A DNA stretch of 62,522 nucleotides from Gemmatimonadota bacterium (lineage in GTDB: Bacteria > 4572-55 > J002), in the NCBI GenBank assembly GCA_003697105.1, contig RFFQ01000191.1, positions 1-62,522 on the forward strand, given 5' to 3'. Positions 55,668-62,522 of this stretch are shown here, piece after piece. The notes under the pieces are model-generated. The model searched no databases. It was not told the origin of the DNA and saw only the letters and a list, made by a program, of their open reading frames with translations. Both the position numbers and the translations under genes were made by a program. Each line of letters opens with the position of its first letter. Within the stretch, counting starts at the first letter, position 1.

Positions 55668-56183
55668 ATGACGTTTCCACGTTTTATTGCACTTATTCTG
55701 CTGTGGGGATTGTCTTTCACAACTGCTGCAGGTACGGAAAGACAATCCCTTTCCCAGACGATTGAATCCTATTTTCAACAGCACAATCCCCCTTTGCATT
55801 ACCGTACCCGCCATCTCAATGGGTGGGAACTGCGTTTTGAACCAAACCAAAGCCATACCGATATTGTGCTGTGGGTCCGGGTCGCCGCGGATAGCGCCGG
55901 TAATCAATTTATTGCCTTTTGGAGTGTGATTGAAACGATTCCGCCGGAAATTAAATCCGACCCCCATCGATTGAATGCCTTGTACAAAGCCTTACTCGAT
56001 ATTGGGCGGGATTATTATATCGTGAAAGCCATTGTCGATCCGGAGGATGAAATTGGGATTCAAGCAGAAATTCATGCCGGGGGTATGACTGCGGAACAAT
56101 TCTATAAAACTCTCTGGATGGTGGTGGACTTGACCGATCAAGAAGCGGATCGATTGCGGGAATACGTAAAGCGTGCTGAATAG
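55668..56183 (+). CDS. Exported hypothetical protein, possibly YbjN/CesT-like fold
   Basis: Signal peptide; LYKALLDIGRDYYIVKAIVDPEDEIGIQAEI followed by a terminal helix; 3 nt after the upstream stop. Confidence 0.55.
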   Translation: MTFPRFIALILLWGLSFTTAAGTERQSLSQTIESYFQQHNPPLHYRTRHLNGWELRFEPNQSHTDIVLWVRVAADSAGNQFIAFWSVIETIPPEIKSDPHRLNALYKALLDIGRDYYIVKAIVDPEDEIGIQAEIHAGGMTAEQFYKTLWMVVDLTDQEADRLREYVKRAE

Positions 56184-56210
56184 CGTTTCCATTTTTGTCT
56201 GGACCCAACC

Positions 56211-56248
56211 AAAAAACCTCATGTACCTTTCAGGACATGAGGTTTTTT
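56211..56248. terminator. Bidirectional terminator
   Basis: aaaaaacctcatgt...acatgaggtttttt. Confidence 0.85.
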
Positions 56249-56274
56249 CTGTTGAAGGTAGGTCTGGCCTGGCT

Positions 56275-58323
56275 TTATAGTGCCTCCAGTGGTGCATTGA
56301 GTACCTCTGTACCGGGCAGTACAAATCGCCCATCCCGTAAAATATCGATTCGTTCCCCCTGAGGCGTGACGGCGGCGATCACCCCAATCGATTCAAACGG
56401 AAGTGTCATATCCGTATGGCAAAATGTGTACGCTTGGTTGGGATCGGTCGTTCGCAATGCCGATTTTTCATTTTCGCGGGCAATGACCTCTTTATGATCC
56501 AGCCGGTTTATTACGGATTGGTCTTCCTGCATCATAAAACAGGTGTCGCCAAGGGCAAAATGCGGTCCCATTTTTTCAATAATTAAAATCGGGAGCAGAT
56601 GAATAATATTATATTTTTTTGCCATGACATATGCTTGGGTGTTTGTTCCAATGGCAAACTCACCCAACGGTAGGGTCTTGTGTGGAAACAACAGATTTTT
56701 CTCAATATAGTTGCGCCCTTCGGCGGGATCATCAAAATTGGAACAGCTATATGTGTCCACAAAGCCATCTTTGAGGGTCAAGCGGAGGTTTTCAAAGCGT
56801 AACCCACGTAAATGCACCTCTTCATAATGCAAAACGCCGTTGGTGCCGTTGAGTTGGGGTGATGTAAAGACCTCGCCCACCGGAATGTTGACATCCGCCC
56901 CACAATTAAGAAAATTGGTTTGCCGGCTACGATCTTTTAAGGGGTGCAGTTTAATGTAAATATCCGTTTCGTTCGGTGCTTTCCCTTTCACATGCACCCG
57001 GTCCGCTTGATCGAGTACATCAATAATCTGTTGTTGAATTTTCTCGTAATGGTCGGTATTAAGCATGTTGATTTCAAACATTTCATCAAATATGGCGTTA
57101 AAGTGCTCGCCAATTTCCGGGGAGGGGAAGGAGATAATGGTAAAACTGGTTTCCGTGCGGGGTACGTATTTTAGTTGAATTTTGGCAGATTGTTGTTGGA
57201 ATTGTTGGTACAAGCCAAGCTGCTCGGAGCTGAGTTGCAAGGCTTCTTTTTTTTGTACCGGAGAGAATGAAACCTCCCCAAAATTGGTAAACACCACGTG
57301 ACCCGAAAGTTGGGTGAGGAGGGATTTACACTGCTCTACTGCCGCTTGATGATCGGCAATTCGGCTCTGCACAAACGCTTCATCCAAAAAGAGGGCGAGA
57401 TCAAATTTATGATCATATTGATATTGCTTATTGAGGACTTTACTTGTTGTCTCGCTCAATACAGGTTCCAGACCTACGTCTCGAAAACGCTGTAACAGGG
57501 GGCGAATAATGCGCTCATAGCCAATCGGGTAGAAAATCGAAACGGTGGATTTTTTCTGAATATCTTTTTGGTTTTGCTCAAATCCGGCGAGATAGGCTTT
57601 CACGATTTGTTCGGATAATTGGCGAATTTTATCCGGTGAATACCGCGCCAAAAAGTGCGCAATCCGAATTTCATAATCACTGATATAATTGTGATAGCGG
57701 AAAAGGTAGCGTGGGTCATCTAAATCCGCCTGTTCTACAATGTCTAACAAATAACGGTACTGGGGATCATGCCGTTGGATAATGGAATCTACGATATGGC
57801 TAACTTGTGATTCCCGCTCCAGCCGGGTAACGTGTGCGATAAGTTCCGGTGGATCGATCTCCGAATTCGCATCGACGTATTGAAAGGTGTGGATCAGTAC
57901 CCGGTGGCACGCTACCATCCGGAACCGCTGGTGCTGGGCGGCGGCACGACGATAACGGGCGCATAGGGTGGAAAAAAAATAAGACCAGATCGCGCCAAAT
58001 TTTTCCCCGAATTGTTGCACCGCATATGCCGGATTCGCAAAACTGGTCTCATAATTGTCGGGGTGAATTTCATCCCGAACGTGATGGTTTTCGTGTAATA
58101 GTTCGTCAAATGAGCGGGTTTGGAAGTACGCCGGGCGTAGGCGAGCTTCATATTGGGCGGCGTTCAGAACAAATGAGGTCAACGTATGAAACAACGAATC
58201 CTTGGGAGAGGGGTTGGGGTGTTGGGTCTGGCGGTGAATCTCGCGAACGGTTTGTAAGGTGGTTTGGTAATCGGCATCAATTTCCGCATTTCGATCTGCA
58301 TAATACGTATTTAAATCAAACAT
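56275..58323 (-). CDS. M29-family (thermophilic metallo-) aminopeptidase, long form
   Basis: GGAGGA SD then ATG 58323; NIPVGEVFTSP; GEFAIGTN; ILIIEKMGPHFALGD; CHTDM. Confidence 0.8.
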   Translation of the reverse strand: MFDLNTYYADRNAEIDADYQTTLQTVREIHRQTQHPNPSPKDSLFHTLTSFVLNAAQYEARLRPAYFQTRSFDELLHENHHVRDEIHPDNYETSFANPAYAVQQFGEKFGAIWSYFFSTLCARYRRAAAQHQRFRMVACHRVLIHTFQYVDANSEIDPPELIAHVTRLERESQVSHIVDSIIQRHDPQYRYLLDIVEQADLDDPRYLFRYHNYISDYEIRIAHFLARYSPDKIRQLSEQIVKAYLAGFEQNQKDIQKKSTVSIFYPIGYERIIRPLLQRFRDVGLEPVLSETTSKVLNKQYQYDHKFDLALFLDEAFVQSRIADHQAAVEQCKSLLTQLSGHVVFTNFGEVSFSPVQKKEALQLSSEQLGLYQQFQQQSAKIQLKYVPRTETSFTIISFPSPEIGEHFNAIFDEMFEINMLNTDHYEKIQQQIIDVLDQADRVHVKGKAPNETDIYIKLHPLKDRSRQTNFLNCGADVNIPVGEVFTSPQLNGTNGVLHYEEVHLRGLRFENLRLTLKDGFVDTYSCSNFDDPAEGRNYIEKNLLFPHKTLPLGEFAIGTNTQAYVMAKKYNIIHLLPILIIEKMGPHFALGDTCFMMQEDQSVINRLDHKEVIARENEKSALRTTDPNQAYTFCHTDMTLPFESIGVIAAVTPQGERIDILRDGRFVLPGTEVLNAPLEAL

Positions 58324-58359
58324 AAAATCCTCCATAAAGATGAGCCAGATGGTAGATGT

Positions 58360-58388
58360 ATTATAGCATGAGATAAGGATATTGCCAA
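58360..58388 (-). promoter_or_regulatory. sigma70-type promoter for the aminopeptidase
   Basis: TTGGCA-17 nt-TATAAT with TG extension. Confidence 0.65.
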
Positions 58389-58401
58389 TATAATTATTCG
58401 C

Positions 58402-58443
58402 AAAAAAAGACGGAGTGAGGGTGAGCATCACTCCGTTCCTTTT
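58402..58443 (-). terminator. Rho-independent terminator after the small hypothetical gene
   Basis: cggagtga / tcactccg stem followed by TCTTTTTT on the minus strand. Confidence 0.7.
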
Positions 58444-58469
58444 CGCTTTTGTGCGCAGTCTTCTGGTGT

Positions 58470-58814
58470 TTAAAACCGGGATTTTAGATAGGGGTAAAAT
58501 TCCGGTTGGCGATTACTGTAGAATATCCGGTACAAAGAGCCCGGCCGGCGAGAGTAAGGCTCGGCATAGGCGGAGATGAAGTTGCGACCGGTACGCTCAG
58601 CAAATTGTTTTAAGGTGTGATACGCAACAGAACTCCGGGCGGCATTCCATCCTAAGTGCAAATAGGTGCGCCCCTCATGTTGAAAGAGGTGGTACGCGGT
58701 GTAGTGCCCGCACTGAATCTGGTTGGCTTCGTATTGTCCCAAAGACCGCATCACATCCTGGGGTGTTTCTAAATCGGGAAAAATTTCTAATCCCTGCATA
58801 TCCCAACGTGCCAT
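58470..58814 (-). CDS. Hypothetical protein (114 aa)
   Basis: GGAGGTG SD then ATG 58814; own terminator; no family recognised. Confidence 0.6.
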   Translation of the reverse strand: MARWDMQGLEIFPDLETPQDVMRSLGQYEANQIQCGHYTAYHLFQHEGRTYLHLGWNAARSSVAYHTLKQFAERTGRNFISAYAEPYSRRPGSLYRIFYSNRQPEFYPYLKSRF

Positions 58815-59006
58815 GAACACCTCCCGTAATCAATATGAACGATATTTTGTCAGTTTACTGGTGTACTTTTACTTTTTTACAAAAAATATGCCAATAAACT
58901 ACTCGAATACTCCTATCGTAAATACCGTGCTAAATCCCAGAGGGAGGGGGGGGGAGGGTTCTTAACCCTGCCAAACTTCTGCCAACCGTTTTTGCGGAGT
59001 ATCTCT

Positions 59007-62000
59007 CTAATTCTTCAGCTCCACGGAAATCATCTTGGAAACTCCGGCTTCCTCCATTGTTACGCCGAAAAGCCGGTCGCAGACCATCATCGTTTCTTTA
59101 TTGTGGGTGATGATGATAAACTGGGTTTCTTGCGCAAAGTCTTTGAGCATCGCCGTAAACCGGTGGATATTGGCATCGTCAAGGGGGGCATCGACTTCAT
59201 CCAAAATGCAAAAGGGACTGGGTTTAACCAAATAGATGGCAAATAGCAGGGCAATGGCAGTCATGGCGCGTTCCCCACCGGATAGGAGAGTCATCTCTTG
59301 CAAGCGTTTGCCAAATGGGCGCGCGAAAATTTGCACGTCAGCTTCCAACGGGTCAACACCGGCTTCAAGTTGTAAATTTGCTTCACCGCCGGGGAATAAC
59401 TGGGCAAATACCTGTTGGAACTTGGCGTTGACGTCCGCAAATGTGGCGGTAAACATCTCTTGGGCTTTCCGGTTGATTTGGTTGACTGTATCATCCAATT
59501 GTTGGCGCGCATCGAGCAAATCTTGCCGTTGGGTGGTCAAAAATTCAAGCCGTTTATGTTCTTCCTCATATTCTTGGGGCGCGGTTTCATTGACCGCACC
59601 CATTTTAGCCAATTTTTCCTGTGCCGCGGCAATCTCTTGCTCAAGGGCTGCCGGGTCAAACGCCGGCTCCATCTCGCCCGCCATCTCTTTTAATTCAAGG
59701 CGATATGTGCGCCAGATATAGTCAATTGCCGCGTCCATTTTGGCTTTGTATTGGGTCTGCTCAATATCAAGGGCATGATCCTGCTGTTGCACTTCGCTTG
59801 CTTCACGTCGCCAGGCACTCAGTTGTTGCTCCATCGTCTTGACCTGACCTTGCGCACTGGCTACCTGTTCTTGCAGTTGATTGACCTCCGCCGTGGCTAA
59901 GGCATGTTGGCGCATTCGTTGGGAAATCTGTTCGGTTAATTCCCGAATCGCGATGTGCAACTGTTTGGTTTTTTGCCCGGCCTCTTCGATCTCGCGTTGG
60001 TACCGGTTGATCTTCTCGCGGGTCTCTTTTTTTGCCCGTTGCAAGCGGTGCAAATCTTTCTCAAGTACGTGCCGGTGGGATTCTGCCCGGACATGTTGCA
60101 CTTCGAGCTGGTTCAGTGCCGCCAAGCGCTCGTCGCGCTCGGTGCGGATTGTTTGAAATTGCGCTTCTGCTTCGATCACTTCTGCCTCGACCTCCGCAAA
60201 GTGGCTGGCAAAGTGGGTCAGTGCCGTTTCCAGTTGTTCCAGCTTGAGTTGGAGTTCCGCCCGTTGGGTATCGATTTGCTGCTGCTGCTGAATCCAATTT
60301 TCCTGTCGATGGTGAATTTTACTCAATTCCAATTCCCATTTGGACTCCTCGCCACGGGCAGTGGCGATCTGCCGTTCGACCTGCCGGCTATCGTTTTGGG
60401 TTTGTTCTCGCTCTAACCGCAGGTTCTCGACGGTTTCCGCCTGCTGTTCTTCGTCGATTTCCAATTGGTACAGTTGGTCTTCCAATTCGGTGATCTGGGT
60501 GTTCAAGCGGCGCAACTGGCGATTTCGTTGTAGAATACCGCCATCCGTTTGATTTCCGAATCCACCGGAGACACGGCCGGTGCTATCCGCCATTTCCCCG
60601 CTTTGGGCGATGTATTTCCAGCCGTTACGGGTGGTTTCCGCCTGTTGGAGCGCCTCCGCCAAATTTACGGTAAAGACCACCTCTCCCAATAGCAGGGTCA
60701 AGACATCCTGAAACCGCGGATCGATGGTCTGTGCCACGCCGGCGGCGATGGTTAAACCGGTATCCGGCGGGGGAGGCTGGTGCTGGGCAAAACGGCGTGC
60801 CCGCTCCAACGAGATGAACATGACTCGCCCGCATTGGCGGCGGTTCAAATAGTGCAATGCCGCTTCCATGGCGGCGTCGGTCTCGGTGACTACCACTTGC
60901 AACAGGTCTGCAAGGGCGACTTCCCACGCGTGCTCGTATGCCGGATCGACGGTAAGTACATCGCCCACCGTGCCGATAATGCCGCTAATACCGTGATCCT
61001 CTGTCAACAGGGATTTCACTCCCGGTTGGTATCCTTCGTAGTTGTCCTTCAGATTTTGCAAAATTTCGTGGCGGCTATGAGCTGTTTTCCATTCCGTATA
61101 AACCTCGTTTTTGTGTTGTCGCAGGGCATTTAACCGGTTTTTTGCGGTTTGCAGGTCATGGTTCAACCGGTTTAATTTTTCCTGAATGTGTTCGTATTCT
61201 GCTTCGAGGTGTTCTCGCCTGTCACGATGGTTTTTCAAGCAGTTTGTACATTCTATTTTGTCATGCTCTAGCCGCTCAATTTCAGTGGATAAGCGTGATC
61301 GCTCTGCTTTTAACCGTTCCAGTTGCTTTTGCAAGTTTTGGTGTTCGTTTTGGTGTTGGGCTTGGCGGTGTACCGCTTGGAGCTGTTGCGCTTTCGCCTG
61401 CTCAACCCGTTGCTTTGCCTGTGCCACGGCAGTTTCAAGCTCTGTTTTTTCGGTCTGATGGGTGGTAATTTCTTTTTTTATCTGATCCAGTTCCTGCGTT
61501 GCCTGATTCAGGTCTGCTAGTAGTTGGGTTTTACGGGTTTCGATGGAGGTTAATTTGGATTCAAGAGCGGCAATTTCGCGCTGGTCCTGTTCGGTGCGAT
61601 CGGTAAAATGCGTTAAGCGTTCCCGGTCTAGGGCTTGTTGCCGCTCCAGTTGGTTGATTTCATGAGCCCGTTTGTCGCGGGATGTTTGCGCTTGGGAGAG
61701 CTGGTGGCGAAGTTCCAGCAAGTGGGCGTGTTGCTGTTCCAGACGGGCTTCCAGTTGGGTTTGCTGGGTTTGGAGGGTTGCCAATTTTTGGTCTAATTTA
61801 ATTTTTTGTTGGTGGGCTTCCGCGTATGCGTGCGCATCGCGTAAAAAGCGTTGGTGTGCTAGGCGGATTTCAGCTTCTTTCACCGTTGTTTTCAGGCGCA
61901 AAAACCGGCGTGCTTTCCCCACCTGCCGCTTGAGGGCATTGACCCGCTTTTCGACTTCAGCGATGAGATCGTTAATGCGTACGAGATGGTCTTCGGTGAT

Positions 62001-62522
62001 GGTCAGTTTTTGGAGCGCGTTTTTTTTACGCACCTTATACTTTTGAATTCCGGCGGCTTCATCGAACAACCGGCGACGTTCCCCGGTATCGGCGGAGAGA
62101 ATCGCCCCGATCATGCCTTGTTCGATCAGGCTGTAGGCGCGCGATCCAATCCCGGTATCCAGAAACAACTCCACAATATCGCGTAACCGGCAGGGATTTT
62201 TGTTGATCAGATATTCACTTTCCCCGGAGCGATACAAGCGCCGGCTGATAACCACCTCATTATAATCAATGGGCAGACGCTTATCGCTGTTATCCACGTA
62301 GAGTGAAACCTCCGCTAATGAAAGCGGATGGCGGTGTTGGGTGCCGCTAAAGATGACATCCTGCATCTGCTTGCCGCGCAGCGATTTTGCCCCTTGCTCG
62401 CCCAACACCCACTTGACCGCATCCACAATGTTACTTTTACCACAGCCATTGGGCCCGACGATTGCCGTAACCCCGGGACTAAATTGTACTTCGGTCTTAT
62501 CCGCAAAGGATTTGAAGCCGAA
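59007..62522 (-). CDS. smc: Chromosome segregation protein SMC (start codon outside the window)
   Basis: Frame continues to the edge: GFKSFADKT...IVGPNGCGKSNIVDAVKWVLGEQ; coiled coils; hinge GIIGTVGDVL; LSGGE; ILDEVDAPLDDAN; IITH. Confidence 0.97.
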   Translation of the reverse strand, partial: FGFKSFADKTEVQFSPGVTAIVGPNGCGKSNIVDAVKWVLGEQGAKSLRGKQMQDVIFSGTQHRHPLSLAEVSLYVDNSDKRLPIDYNEVVISRRLYRSGESEYLINKNPCRLRDIVELFLDTGIGSRAYSLIEQGMIGAILSADTGERRRLFDEAAGIQKYKVRKKNALQKLTITEDHLVRINDLIAEVEKRVNALKRQVGKARRFLRLKTTVKEAEIRLAHQRFLRDAHAYAEAHQQKIKLDQKLATLQTQQTQLEARLEQQHAHLLELRHQLSQAQTSRDKRAHEINQLERQQALDRERLTHFTDRTEQDQREIAALESKLTSIETRKTQLLADLNQATQELDQIKKEITTHQTEKTELETAVAQAKQRVEQAKAQQLQAVHRQAQHQNEHQNLQKQLERLKAERSRLSTEIERLEHDKIECTNCLKNHRDRREHLEAEYEHIQEKLNRLNHDLQTAKNRLNALRQHKNEVYTEWKTAHSRHEILQNLKDNYEGYQPGVKSLLTEDHGISGIIGTVGDVLTVDPAYEHAWEVALADLLQVVVTETDAAMEAALHYLNRRQCGRVMFISLERARRFAQHQPPPPDTGLTIAAGVAQTIDPRFQDVLTLLLGEVVFTVNLAEALQQAETTRNGWKYIAQSGEMADSTGRVSGGFGNQTDGGILQRNRQLRRLNTQITELEDQLYQLEIDEEQQAETVENLRLEREQTQNDSRQVERQIATARGEESKWELELSKIHHRQENWIQQQQQIDTQRAELQLKLEQLETALTHFASHFAEVEAEVIEAEAQFQTIRTERDERLAALNQLEVQHVRAESHRHVLEKDLHRLQRAKKETREKINRYQREIEEAGQKTKQLHIAIRELTEQISQRMRQHALATAEVNQLQEQVASAQGQVKTMEQQLSAWRREASEVQQQDHALDIEQTQYKAKMDAAIDYIWRTYRLELKEMAGEMEPAFDPAALEQEIAAAQEKLAKMGAVNETAPQEYEEEHKRLEFLTTQRQDLLDARQQLDDTVNQINRKAQEMFTATFADVNAKFQQVFAQLFPGGEANLQLEAGVDPLEADVQIFARPFGKRLQEMTLLSGGERAMTAIALLFAIYLVKPSPFCILDEVDAPLDDANIHRFTAMLKDFAQETQFIIITHNKETMMVCDRLFGVTMEEAGVSKMISVELKN

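Noticed and set aside
1-62522. Stop-codon recoding, selenoproteins, tRNA/rRNA or IS elements
   Set aside because: Recognised genes are full length in code 11; intergenic gaps show no cloverleafs, rRNA or transposase by eye (no tRNAscan/Infernal run)

Overview
A 62.5-kb bacterial chromosomal segment in the standard genetic code. The lineage is probably an FCB-superphylum-type diderm (Calditrichota/KSB1/Ignavibacteria-like), inferred from T9SS-CTD-like tails, PorV/FadL-family barrels, a three-domain IspG and strong AGGAGG SD sites. I saw no rRNA, tRNA, CRISPR array, transposase, integrase or prophage core genes. Left part: two giant signal-peptide proteins (a >2000-aa beta-helix/dockerin-like protein missed by the ORF track because it runs off the left edge, and a 1327-aa repeat-rich fibre with a C-terminal S74 chaperone), a soluble-adenylyl-cyclase-like STAND-TPR protein, mnmE, a lipoprotein-FadL pair and a Nudix hydrolase. 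Centre: a plus-strand module with a long structured leader, TonB-dependent receptor, T9SS-CTD-like protein, PorV-family barrel and a lipoprotein with three tandem cytochrome P460-family domains. It is followed by a hybrid histidine kinase and nrdR-nrdJ with NrdR boxes. Right part: mostly minus-strand housekeeping genes (ispG, murF, alr with a ~270-aa extra domain, an ABC ATPase and binding protein split by mnmA, a B12 radical SAM, rpiB, nadC-can-nadA-nadB, pepP), then an ATL protein, a barrel-TSP3-OmpA-like protein, an M29 aminopeptidase and 5'-truncated smc. The best candidate for an undescribed system is the TBDR/CTD-protein/PorV/tri-P460 module with its leader RNA. Next are the S74-fibre/beta-helix adhesin pair, the sAC-like STAND protein and the extended Alr. 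All family calls come from visual motif recognition, not database searches.
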